DNA of 64,000 bases from Lama glama (Eukaryota): the NCBI GenBank assembly GCA_028534125.1, contig CM052816.1, positions 45,820,001 through 45,884,000 on the forward strand. The letters run 5' to 3'. Positions within the stretch are counted from its first letter, which is position 1, and each line of letters starts with the position of its first letter. A model generated the notes under the pieces. That model did not search any database. It was not told the DNA's origin and saw nothing but the letters and a program-made list of their open reading frames with translations. The translations under genes were made by a program, and so were the position numbers. Of this stretch, positions 52,160 to 64,000 are shown one piece after another.

Positions 52160-52242
52160 GGTAACTGTCCCCAGTGCCTAGATTAGTGCCAGGCACTGAC
52201 AGATAAACTGTACATGTTTGCTAAATGAAGTAATAAATGAAC
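52160..52242 (+). mobile_element. L2 3' terminus
   Basis: ctgtccccagtgcctagattagtgccaggcactgacag...atgtttgctaaatgaa. Confidence 0.65.
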
Positions 52243-52678
52243 ATGCAGTTTGTTTTCGCTTAAAAATACACATACATGCATATATACACAAGAAGAAAAC
52301 TCATCCAAATACTAGTGATATCAGTCTCTGTGTGTTGGTCATTATATTTTATTTTTACATTTTCAATAATTTCCAAATTTTCTGTATTTTATAATCAAAC
52401 AAAATTTACTGAGTCAGTAGCCTTGTTATGTCAATCATCAATTCCAACTTGTGAAAATATTCTTCATTTCTGCTTCTGAAATTTGATTCAGAAGCCATAC
52501 CCAATAAATTTGGCATATTTGCCTTTCAAGCATTATACTTTCTGAGCAGGATGGAATCTTCTACAATAGGAGATCATACCCTCCAGTTTGAACACACTTT
52601 GAAATAAAGATCTAAATAATTTTAAACCAAGTTCCTATCAACTGTTTTAGAATGTGTGACCAGTCCATACCCTTCTAC

Positions 52679-53393
52679 TTTTTTTTTTTTAATATATAGT
52701 TGGTTTGCAATGTTGTGTTACTTTCTGGTGTTCAGAATAGTGGTTCAGTTATACATCTGTATTTATTTTCATATTCTTTTTCATTATAAGCTATTATAAG
52801 GTGTTGAATATAGTTTCCTGTGCTATACAGTAGGACCTGGTTGTCTATTTTATATATGCAGCTAGTATTACAAATCTCAAACTCCCGATTTATCACTCTA
52901 CCTACTTCTTTCCCCCGGTTACCATAAGCTTCTCTGTGAGTCTGTTTCTGTTTTGTAAATAAGTTCATTGGTGTCTTTTTTTTTTTTTTTTTAGATTCCA
53001 CATATAAGTGATATCATTTGGTATTTTTGTTCTCTTTCTGGCTTACTTCACTTAGTATGACAATCTCCAGGTCTATCCATGTTGCTGCAGGTGACATTAT
53101 TTTATTCTTTTATGGCTGAATAATATTCCATTGCATATATATAATCACAACTTCTTTATCCAGTCATCTGTTGATAGACATTTAGGTTGCTTCCATTACT
53201 TGGCTATTGTAAATAGTGCTATCATCAACATTGGGGTGCATGTATCTTTCTGAATTAGAGTCTCCTCCAGATATATGCCCAGAAGACAATTGCTGGGCCA
53301 TATGGTAAGTCTATTTTCAGTTTTTTAAAGAATCTCCGTACTGTTTTCCATAATGGCTGTACCCAATTACATTCCCACCAACAGTGTAGGAGG
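52679..53393 (-). mobile_element. Younger L1 3' end, 5'-truncated, with TSD
   Basis: poly-T; L1 3' UTR and ORF2 C-terminus (antisense [35 protein letters not shown]); TSD CATACCCTTCTACTTT (52666-52681) / CATAGCCTTCTATTTT (53394-53409). Confidence 0.95.
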
Positions 53394-54328
53394 CATAGCC
53401 TTCTATTTTGTTCATGATTTGTTGTGAAAAGTTGCCAGTGGCTTTCTGGTAGCAAAACATATACTGACTTGCATCTTGACCTGTGTGTCTACTGAATTTC
53501 TCAGAAAAAGAAATGAGGTTAGTTCCACTTTGTTTGATCTTAGTGATCCTTGTAGTCATTATCACTTTTTCTGAAGTTCTCATAACCCAAATATTTGAAA
53601 ATCAATTCCAGAATTCTGTCCGTGTAAGGTCAAACTTAACTTTCTCTTAACTTTCTCAGTTTGAAGATGTTTGCTTGTTTCCTAAGTAGCATGCAGGTAC
53701 ATCTCTCTGATTCTGTGGTCTCTTTGAATTTGCCAAGGATAGATTGACTTTCATATCTGCAGTTGTTGACTAACTTGCTTTTCCAAGATAACTTTAGAGA
53801 TACCTTTCAGTTTGCCAGGATGTTGTTTCATTAGATTTAGATGTTTAAATACATTTTAAAGGGCAAGATGCTTTCTTAATATGTCTTTGCATTTTTCATT
53901 TTCTAATTCAATGCTAATTTTACATTTCCCAGTAGATCGTTCTCCTTGATAGAGAGGATTAAGGCACCTTTGTTCTTGCTTCCCTGTGGAAACTGACAAT
54001 AACATCATTATCTCTTGGGATTATACTTTAATCTCTGAGATGAATTTTCTGTGCCATCGTCTACATTTCAACCAATTTGGAGGGACATGTTTTCTTCTAA
54101 CTTCCTTTTTAAAAATAATTTAAAAATTGCAAAAATGTAGGGAAAAAAGTAGTACAAGTATTTAACCTTTATCTAGCTTTCCTGAGTGGTAATCCTTCTC
54201 CCACCCACTTAAACTGAGTGCAGATATGTTACCACTTTACATCTAAATGCTTCCATGTGTATTTCTGAAAGAAAATAAAAAAGAGGGAGAAGGGGAGAGA
54301 GAGAATATTCTCTTATACAACCAGAGTA

Positions 54329-54361
54329 CATATATATATATATATCTATATATATATATAT
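54329..54361. repeat. (TA)n microsatellite, one interruption
   Basis: catatatatatatatatctatatatatatatat. Confidence 0.9.
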
Positions 54362-54381
54362 CAGGAAATTGGCATTGATAC

Positions 54382-54906
54382 TGATATTCAGAACAGGCTA
54401 TCACAAAATACGGCAACTTGGCATATTGAATATCTTAAACAGAAGGAGTTGGGTAAAGAGTAGAAGCAGGAAAGTCACACCAATCTTTTGCCACCCCCTC
54501 TCCTGCCCCTTCTTCCTTCTTCCTTGAGAGGAGGTAAATCTCCCATGTGAAAGGTACTCTCCCTGTACCTGGAGGAGGAAAGACATTTTTATAGCCAGAG
54601 GAATTACTAAATCTTGTTAAACTAAAACTTATCTTCTTAGCTAATTCCTCACCATTTACTATCCCTAGCCCAAATCCCTTTTCTTGTAAATTCTCACAAG
54701 CTTATTGTTTCTTTATCTAAATTTTATAAAAGATTTCTGTTCTGGTCACTTCTTCAGATCGATTGTCTTGTGAAGGTTCCCATGGACATGTTAAAATTCA
54801 ATAACATTGTAAGCTCTTCTCCTGTTAATCTATCTCTGTCAATTTAATTTTCAGACACAGCCAAGGAATTTGTGAGGATTGAGGAAAACTTATTTTATTT
54901 CCTGCA
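54382..54906 (+). mobile_element. MER34A-like ERV1 solo LTR
   Basis: TG...CA ends; caaaatacggcaacttggcatattgaatat...ctccctgtacctggaggaggaaagacatt...ctcctgttaatctatctctgtcaatttaattttcag; 4-bp TSD ATAC/GTAC. Confidence 0.85.
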
Positions 54907-56857
54907 GTACAGTATTATTGTAATAAAAAGTGAATATATGATAAGTAATAGCAAAGAACTTATTCAAATATTTTCAGTTTTACTAGTAATATTGTTTATA
55001 GCAGTTTTTTGTTGTTGTATTTTTCTGGTCCAGGATTTCATGTTGTATTTAATTGACATATCTCTTTAGTCTCCTTTTTTCTGAAACAGTTTCCAGTGTT
55101 TCTTTGTCTTTTCATGGCCATGACATTTTGAAGTGTACAGACTAATTATTTTGTAGCATGTCTCTCCATTTTGGTTTGTCTGACATTTCTTCATGATTAG
55201 ATTCAGGTTATACATTTTTAGTAGGAATATCACAGGAGTGATGTTATGGCCTTCTCAGGAGGCACATGACCACTTGTGCCATTGCTGATGAATTAACTTT
55301 GATCATTTGGTTAAGGTGGTGTCTGCCAGGTTTCTCCCATAAAGTAACTATTTCCCCCTTCATAATTAGCAAGTATCTTGTGGAGAGATACTTTGAGACT
55401 TTATAAATATCCTGTCTCATCAAATATTCACTCTCTAACTTTCGTATCCATTGATGATTTGTGCCTGAATCAAATATTAAAGTGATTATTTCCACATAGT
55501 GAATTACTAATTCCTTATTTTTTCCTATACTCATTAGCTGGCATTTTTCTGTGAAGATATGATTTTCCTCCCCCCCACCTTTTAGTTATTTATTTACATA
55601 TTTGTATTAGAATGGCCTCATGGATTCTTAGTCATTTAATTCATTGAATTCTAAACTGTAAATAACATTATTTCAATGTACAATTTGTCCCAGTTTAGCC
55701 AATAGGAACTTGTTCAAACTGATTTTTTGTGGTATATTTTGGTATGTCCTTATTTGAGAGGCAGAGACATTTAATTTCTTTCTTTCTGGATTCAAAGATA
55801 TTCTAAGAACATTTTATATTTTCCCAGCCCCAACCATGGTATCAGTCAATTTCCCAAGAAGCTCTGTTTCCTATTAGTATAGAATATTTGGAAACCAAAG
55901 TGTGGATGCTAGACGTGGCCTTCACTACTGACTTATTGCTTCTGGATTGTTTCAGAAGACACATCACACATATTAACATATACTCACACATGTAAACAAA
56001 GCTATATCTCTTTCTTTATCTATCCATCCATCTATCCACACTGATATGTCTAGTTGTAATTCAACATTGGAGTTCCTTCCTTTATATCGTTGTAACTCTT
56101 CGCAGATACTGAGAAATCTGGCTGACTGACTATATTTTGATATTCAGAGAAGGCCTGATTTTCTACTTAAAAAAAACAAACCTGACAAGTGTTTTCAGTT
56201 ACAAATGAAATCACTGAGAATAGGGCAAAATTAAGAAGTAGTGGTAAATTGTAGACAATTACAGAGAATACTGAATTTCTTTTATATTTTCTTTCTTTTA
56301 ACATATGTTCTCCCTAACCCCCAGCCATATTCCTCATCCATGGAGTTTTTAAATGTTTATACTCTTGGATTATTTTAAAGATTATCTTCAGATGGTGAAC
56401 TTACTTTACCGCTAAGGGTTTTTATCTATTGAATTGCTGGTTTGAGTCATTGCATTGCATATGTTGTAAAATCAGAAGTGATGTACCATGGCTGGTCAGT
56501 GGGTGCAGTTCAGCCCAGGCACAACTAATAAGAGGAGACATGTCTATAAAGGATTTAAAAACAGTAATAAAACCAAGTAAAACCATCTGATTTATATTAC
56601 AACCAAATTTAAACATTTTTAGTGATAAAATGTTCTTCCGTGGTTGGGGTGGATGCTCCTATCTTGTTGCACTGGTACATCACTCGAGGTTGGTCAAAAT
56701 TGCTCTACTGACACTGCATGAAAATACAGCTAGACTGAGCTGTTGTCACTGTGTTCTCTGTGCTTTCAAGATAATGTTTCCATTTATTTAAGCTTCCTAG
56801 TGGAGAGTTTCTTTTTTTCGGGTTGAACCGATTTAAGGCAGTGAATAAGTTGCTAGG

Positions 56858-56968
56858 GTTGTTGTTTCTCAAATGTGGGTGAGGAACAGACCCTTTTTAA
56901 AAGAAAAAAAATATTCTTGTAACTTATTTGGAGCTGCATCCCTGAACCCTAGTTTGAGAAGGAATGAC
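56858..56968. mobile_element. Short hAT-Charlie MITE remnant
   Basis: Degenerate inverted ends gtttctcaaatgtggg ... ccctagtttgagaa. Confidence 0.45.
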
Positions 56969-58035
56969 TTAAGAAATACATGTTCATTCTTTGAAAACAT
57001 TGTCTTCATTTAGTTGTGAATAATCACTTCAAAGAGATTTGGTGAGATTTTTGAAGTTTGTCATCAAAATTACAAATAATACACAAAAAATTTTCTTATG
57101 GACCTTCTAATTCTTCAGAATGTACTCTGAGACTCCAGTATGAGACATTGTGGGCTAGAGTTTTAAAGTATGCTCTTGTGTCATTCAAAGAAACTTCTCA
57201 CACACATTTTTTTCTAGAGATGCTATTGGATCAGAGAACATCTGCAATAGTCAGAAATATGTTTCCCCAGCATTTTTCTTTGATCTTTCTATAGATATCA
57301 GACATTCTCACAGATTCTGTGATGTATTAGTTTTACTAAACAAACACGATTTGTGCCTATGTCTTGAGTAGTGTTAACCTGAATTGAAAATGTGTCAAGT
57401 TTGTTAACATCCTAAAATTCTTCTTTCAAAATTGTGAAGAGTCCATAAAAAGAGATTGGGTCATGATATAAATCATTTTAGAATAAATGACTATGATTAT
57501 TAAAGTTTTGGAAGAGAGACACTCAGTTGATGATAAGAAGCAGGTCCTTCTCACTTTAGAAAAACACTTTGTGAAGAATATCTGGAATCTATTTTCCACT
57601 TAGAAAACAAAAATTATAGAATTGGAGAATTAATACTCAGAAATAATTGGCTGAATTCCCACATATTTACACCTTATTTCTTCTTTGCACCTTTATGAAA
57701 ACAGAATTCTCAGAGGCTGTATGGAGCCCTTAAGTTTTTTTTTTCCCCCAACAGGAACAAAAATGAATGATTGTTCTAATTTATTGGTAAAAACATTAAC
57801 TAAGACTTCAGTAGTTTGAGAATTTATTTAATTTGACTTTGGTCAGAGATAGAGCTTAATTTGAATATCTTTTTAGAATGGATGTGTACAGTGTACTCTT
57901 TGTAAGACTTTTGCATTTGTGGATGCTACTTAATGAAAAAATTTTAAAGAGCTTACAACATAGTTTGGATGCCAGTGAATGTTGTTAAACAAATAATCTC
58001 TGAATCTCTGCTAATTCTAATCAACTCTTTCTTTA

Positions 58036-58265
58036 CTTAGTAGCAGCATACATGTTTTACTGACTGAAGATCTGGGTTCCAATCTATTAACTAGCTTTCT
58101 GAGATTGAGGATTTTACTTAACCTCTTTCATACTCAATTTAGTCCTGTAAAATAGAAGTACGAGTTCTTCCATAGTTCATCAAACAATAACATTGAGAAA
58201 TCAAATGAGATTAATGCATTTGAAAGTACTTTATAATTTGCAAAGCACTATATAAATTTAAGTTT
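58036..58265 (+). mobile_element. MIR (MIRc/MIR3-like)
   Basis: gaagatctgggttccaatc...ttacttaacctctt...ctgtaaaatag...tcaaatgagattaatgcatttgaaagtacttt. Confidence 0.8.
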
Positions 58266-58344
58266 TTTACTTATTGCTTATGCAAATATTTTGTGGCTCT
58301 GTCTATATTTCAGTTCACTACATCCTAAAAATGGTTATCTAGAA

Positions 58345-58522
58345 CACTGTTTCTCAACTTGAGTGTGCATCAGAATCACCTGGAAGTCTAGTTTGCTGGG
58401 TGCATTCCCAGAGTTTCTCTGATTTGATAGATCTGAGGTGGGACCTGAGAATTTGCATTTCTAGCAGGTTTCTAGGAGATGTTGCAATTGCTGGTCCAGA
58501 AACCAAACTTTAAGAACTACTG
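58345..58522. mobile_element. MER5A hAT-Charlie MITE
   Basis: cactgtttctcaactt...gcatcagaatcacctgga...ctgagaatttgcatttctagcagg...actttaagaactactg; 8-bp TSD ATCTAGAA/ATCTAAAA. Confidence 0.92.
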
Positions 58523-61500
58523 ATCTAAAATTAATTGCTGTATTTTCCCATATATAACAAATACCTAGCCAATAATACTATTACAAATATTGAAAGTAAA
58601 TGACATTTACCTCTTTAAATACTTTTGTTATGCTTTTCTCCTCATTTTATCTCCATTTCCAGTTAAGTAATAGCCTTATTGAATCAGAGTCAGAAATGTT
58701 AATAATTTATGATAATTTCAGCATGTTTGTGTTGTAATTCTTAGTTCTGATCATGATACCATTCTCAATTGATCAGATTCCATGGCTCAGAATGTTTGTC
58801 CCAGTAGTTACTGCCATCTGAACACAGTAGTGAAGTCTGTAAATATGTACTTTACTTCCTTTGAGTGTATATGAATTTTAGTCTTTTCTTAAAATTCAAG
58901 TACTCTCCAAAAGAGGTGATTTAAATTACAGTAGAGAACAGCAGAATTGTTACTTAGAGTTTCCTACCTACCCGTGCACAAGGAACACATATGTTGTAAA
59001 TTAAGTTATTTTCAGAATATTTTAACTTTTTACTCTTTGGGGAGGCCACATACATCTTAATCTTTGAAAAAATTATGCTAAATCTTGTTGAAAATGAACT
59101 TAATGAAAATTTTGATGACAAAGATAATTATATATTCTTAAGGCTATGCATGTAGAAGAGATCTATTTAGGTTACATAAGTTTCTTTGACCTTAAAATTA
59201 ATGTAAATAGACAATGTTTTTTATAAAACAATCCTAAATGTACTGAGAACAAAATGACTCAGATAGTAACTTTTGTTTAAGTTTGCTATTTTAAAACCAG
59301 ATTCTAAGATCAAGGCTTTAAGGAAGTTGGCTGAATTGGATGATTTCTTTTTTCCTTTTTGTATGTATTGTTTTACCAGGGACAGATTCCTTCTTAAATT
59401 AGACTAGTTCTTTTCATACAGTGTCTTCAGGAAGTATAGTTGGACCAAATGGCAAGAAATATCAGCCAGAGAATTTATGCATGTTGAAATATATGGCTGA
59501 AAGAAAAGTACATTTTGGTTATTTTTGTGGCTCTAAAGGAAAATATCCCTTCCGGTTTTCTACCCTTAGCATGAATCATCAAAGGGAGCTGAAAAAAGTA
59601 ATGGTTGGAAATATTACAAATGTTCAGAGTAAGTGATTGTCTCTTGAAGGTTATGTCAAGGTTGTCTGGCACTTCCCGAGTGCATGACCACCTCATGCAG
59701 ACATTATGTGAAACACCTGGAACATTAAAAACAAAACAAAACAAAATCCCAAAACCACATTTTTAAACAAATATTGGAGGAATTTAATTTTACCCTTGTT
59801 TCAGGAATTATATTTCTTAGACAAGAGGCCTGGGTTATTGTAATTTGGGCAATATAGAGATCCAACTTTGTTTTTGAGAAATCTCGGGCTGCAAAGATTA
59901 GAATTTGGTCATTCATCTTTGCTACACCATTTTTGAAATGATGTCAAAAATTACTGTAACTAGACTATTTTAATCTAGGGAGCAATTGCTATACTGTAGC
60001 AATACATTGTCATTTGAATTGCGAAATGATAAAATTCATTCTTCAAAGAAAATTCTCCTCCCCCCTCAACTTCTGAAATTTAAACTTAGTTATTATTGCT
60101 TCACACCCATAATATCTCTAGATGTTTCCTGCTGATAAAACTACCCCTTATTCCAATGCTGAACTCCATTAAGGTCTGCAGGTAAAAGTCAAGAAATATA
60201 TTGAAACCCAGGAGAACGAGCCATATGTAGAATGCCAAGCAGAATCACACAAAAGGTACCAACCAAAGAATCCCTGCAGAGTTACAGAGGAGGAGAATCT
60301 GGCCTGTGGTTCAGGTTAGAAAGCAAAAAATGAAACAGAAAAATAAATATCATCTGCTGTGCGATAATGAAGAAGTTATATAATGGCAGCTGAAGACTGT
60401 TTTTATTGTTCTCACTTAGGCATTAGGTCCAAGATTCCCAATCTGTTCTTGAATGTTATTCAAAATCAGGTAATTGCTAGGACTTGTGACCCCCTGTTAA
60501 CAAAATGGCAAGATCTAACAGACATCAGTCTTTCCTGGTGGATTTTTGTTTGAATAGAAAAATCTGACTCTAATTTAGACTCCATTTCTTTACATGGCTT
60601 TGTAAAACATTTGTAGTATCTCTATGCACTAATCTGGTGCTTAAATATCTTTGATTTTTCTTTTCCACAAAGAAATGGATCCCTTCTATATGTGTGATTA
60701 GATGTATCTTATGACATACCATTTGAAATTGCACAGTTTGAGCATATGTCTGCTATTCCTCTTCTTGGAGTCTTTCTTTTCCAAGTAATTTCTTTTTTAA
60801 TTTGGATTAAATGCACTATTGCCTGGTTGACAAGCCAAATGACTTCTAAAGGTATCTTTCTTGATTACTACATAAAGATCGATAAAGGAAAAGGATTCAT
60901 GCATTTGTATTCCACTGTTGATGATAAATGTCAAAGCCCAGTTTTTGCTTCCCTCTCCCTGCACGAATAATGATGACCGTAGACTTTCTGTACTTAGAAT
61001 TAACCTTCAAGGTAGTTCATTAGGGGAATCAGAGCACCCATTACTGAGGCACTGTTGATTAGATCACATCCTAATTGGTTTAGGGCCTGACATTCAATTA
61101 CCTGATTGGTAAAATTTTGGTTTAACTCCTTCATGATTATTTATATTTATCATTGAGTAGATACTTATTAAAACAAAGACAGCCCAAAAGTTGGTATTTA
61201 AATACTCCAACTGTCAGTAACCTCAGAATTTGCCATGTGGGTCATCAATATTCTAAACATCTATTACATCAAATGTAAATGGCCTTCATTATTTCTGTTC
61301 TAAACTGACTCTGTAATCTCCATTTCTGCCTGTTTTTCTGTCTGCATTAAATAGGGTTGATATATATACCTCTGTTCTTCCTCTCACTTACATTAAATTC
61401 CCTAATTGCAAAATTTAAAATTAGGCCTGTCCTATTTTTGATTTTAAATGTCAGATTCTTGGGCAGACACTGGCCTAATGGGCCTGTTAGTAATCACTCA

Positions 61501-62297
61501 ATCAATACAAGTTTCCCCTTAATTTTATTGTGTCAGTTTAGTTCAGAACATTAGAACTTCTCCCCTTCTTTGAGGTTTAGTAGCCTTTGCAGGGTGTTCA
61601 GTATTGATCCCGTGCTTTGTTCACCTTCTTGTGGCATTTAAGAGGGACCACCAAGTAGCAATTAGATTGCAATCCTTCAGTTGTGGTAAGAATGGAATAG
61701 GAGTTCACCAATTACTGTTCTCCTGACAATAATTCTCAGAGGGTGGGGCTCATCTTTCCAGATTTTCTTAGATCCTGCCAATCATTGTCAGAAGCTTTTA
61801 AATAGAAACACTTTCAACACTTCAGAAGCTCTTGAAAAAGACTTATACATTTTTCTTTTGTTGTCTCTTTAGATTTCTTACTGCTAATGACTACTGCCAA
61901 GATATATAAATGGAATGGTTCAGCTAAGAGAAGAATCATTCTGAGGTTTGAAAAGTTTCTTGCCCCATGACAATTTTTCTCTGATTTCATGATTGAGTTG
62001 GGACAGAAAATGCAAGATAGGGAAGCAGAGAATCTCAGCTAATACAGTTGAGTCACCAGAGAGCGCTTGGTTCCTTAAGACAACTTCCCTGATTGTCTTA
62101 TGGCTTGAGACCCAGAAACTCAAACACTTTGGGAAAGCAGATTCAGACCTGCTAAGATTGAATAGAATGGAATTCTTAAGAACAGATCATATCTGTCCTC
62201 CATAATTTATGGAAATGAAAAGCAAAATGAATTCTGGAATAAGGGCCTTTTTTTGGAATTTGCAAATAACTGAGGTTATATTAATATCTGTGATGGG

Positions 62298-62409
62298 TGG
62301 GGTAAAGAGCTAGCTCTAGTTTGTGGGGGCTTTCTTGGTTTAGCACTGAAAGTCTCCTGTCCTGGGAACCCCCTCAGTTCAGGGAAAACTAGGACAGTTG
62401 GTCACCCAA
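62298..62409. mobile_element. MER81 (hAT-Blackjack) MITE
   Basis: tttagcactgaaagtctcctgtcctgggaaccccctcagttcagggaaaactaggacagttggtcaccc. Confidence 0.8.
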
Positions 62410-63449
62410 GAAAGGGATAGGAGAGTAAAGAGACACTTCTCATACACTTTCTTTCATTGGGCTTTCCTTGAATTAAGTGTTTGTCAAGCATTTCATTATC
62501 ATATGTTTATGAGTATAGACATACATATTTCCCTTTATTCAATTGATTTTTAAAAAACAGTTTGGTAGGTATATCACTGAAGAGGAGAGGAGGTACAGAA
62601 TATTCAAAACCATGGACTCGAACAGCCACTTTCATGTATAAAATGGAACAGTTCCCATTCATAGGAGATTTTTGGAATGTAGGTCAAGGCATACTTAAAA
62701 GAGAGACTCACTGGTATTTCCACACTCCAGCTTAGTTAGACACCGTTATTTTCTTAAAATCAGTGTTCTATAATCTGACCTACTTGTGGGCAGAGGTAGG
62801 TGTGAATTTGTCTTGAAAAAAAAACCACAGAAAGAATGATCCACCTTGAGAGTTTGTCTTATAGCTCTTTTGACATGGGTTATATGTAGCTATGTTTATA
62901 AAGGTTGGCATAGAAACCAAGATGGGAATTTGAGTCTCTCTGGAATTTTGCTTTGATCAATTTAATAAAACATTCATGAAGATACATTTTCTGTGGAGCT
63001 CTTGATTGGGATGAATTGAATTGATGCAATATGCTGTTATAATGCCAGAGGAACTGAGCAATCAATAGTGGGGAAGTACTGGAGCACTGATATTCAGGGT
63101 CCAAAAAGCCAGGACTCAGAAGTAAAACTTGCTTAAGATAGTATCTTATGTAATGCTGTCAGTATAAGAATAGCGAAGGTGATAGGCCTCCAAACTCATG
63201 TGAATTATAGTGTTCCTAAAATGAGGAATATTTCCAAATACCTATGGTAAAAGTGGAGAAGAAAGAAATGAAGAAATGAGTTGAAGCAAAAAGATTATTT
63301 AGTATAGTGTAGTGATTATGCTATTTCCATATACCAGTTCATTCCATCTAATTTATATTTTATATTAGCCTTTTCCATCAAAGAACATCAATCAGTAGCA
63401 ACTCATATAATGCAAAGGCATAACAAAAATGATTTTAACTAGTGCCATA

Positions 63450-63485
63450 ACAAAACAAAACAAAACAAAACAAAACAAAACAAAA
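63450..63485. repeat. (CAAAA)7 pentanucleotide repeat
   Basis: caaaacaaaacaaaacaaaacaaaacaaaacaaaa. Confidence 0.9.
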
Positions 63486-63487
63486 GT

Positions 63488-64000
63488 TGATCAGTGCTGT
63501 GAAAGAGGCTCTAATACCAAATGGTGGGGTTAGGAAAAGTTTTGCTGAAGATGTAACTGATGGGACGAACTCTTGAAAGGTGGATAAACTATCAGTGGGA
63601 AGATGGGGAGAATATTTTGGCCAAAGGGAATGGTATTGACAAAAGTTCTGGTTTGGAAGAACACAAGGAAGGATGAGGAATTTTCTGAAATGTAGGATAC
63701 AGTTTGGAGAGAAATGGTGTACAAAGTTAGAAAGACAGGATAGGTTTATGGTAAGGAAGACTTCAAGTGACAGAATGAAGATATGGTACAGTAGGAAATG
63801 GGGGAATCTGATAGATTTTAAGTAAGAGAATGGCATAATTGGTGTCTTGATTTAAAAAAAATTAACCTAGTAAAAATGTGAAGACTGTATTGTGTAAGAG
63901 GAAACCATATGCAGGGAGATTAGTTCAGCAACTCTTATGAGGGTCAAAACAAACAAATAAGTAAAGGTGGCGAAGGATTAGCTGAGAATAGAAGCAATGA
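63488..64000 (-). mobile_element. L2 fragment
   Basis: gggttaggaaaagttttgctgaagatgtaac...tcttgaaaggtggata...gggagaatattttggccaaagggaatgg...ggagattagttcagcaactc. Confidence 0.6.

Larger units (their letters stand above)
54105..56130 (-). mobile_element. L1MC4/5-like 3' region, interrupted by a MER34 LTR
   Basis: ttaactttgatcatttggttaaggtggtgtctgccaggtttctcc...aagtatcttgtggagagatactttgagact...atccattgatgatttgtgcctgaatcaa...tatttggaaaccaaagtgtgg. Confidence 0.85.

Noticed and set aside
51860..52420. Possible + strand L1ME remnant around the L2 tail
   Set aside because: Too degraded to call by eye.
56490..56520. Short resemblance to the LF-SINE B-box region (ggtcagtgggtgcagttcagcccagg)
   Set aside because: Only about 26 nt with several mismatches, and it does not extend on either side.
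59421..59636. 71-aa ORF near acceptor-like AG sites
   Set aside because: No recognisable homology, a non-ATG start and no convincing donor.
1..64000. CRISPR arrays, operons, or prokaryotic defence and mobile systems
   Set aside because: The sequence is mammalian, with no regularly spaced repeats or gene-dense ORFs.

Overview
This is AT-rich, CpG-depleted eutherian non-coding DNA, most likely from a camelid (alpaca, llama or camel), judged from a tRNA-Ala-derived Vic-1-type SINE at about 41.8 kb. I recognise no protein-coding gene, functional RNA gene or CRISPR array. The supplied ORFs look like chance ORFs or antisense reads of repeats. The window is a mosaic of transposable-element fossils: L1 of several ages, L2, L3/CR1, MIR, an ERV-L gag/protease relic, MLT1/MLT2/MER34 LTRs, and Charlie1a, MER2, MER5A and MER81 DNA elements. 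These are separated by unique stretches that look regulatory. L1 orientation bias suggests a large intron of a + strand gene, which I cannot identify. The most notable items are (i) an L1 with an intact 5' end, deleted ORF1 and a TSD-flanked premature 3' end, suggesting internal priming; (ii) a small CpG-retaining triple-GATA element at about 38.1 kb; and (iii) a readable ERV-L (Fv1-related) gag/pro relic. I found no convincing new biological system. Repeat family names are from recalled consensus sequences, not a database search, and most boundaries are approximate.
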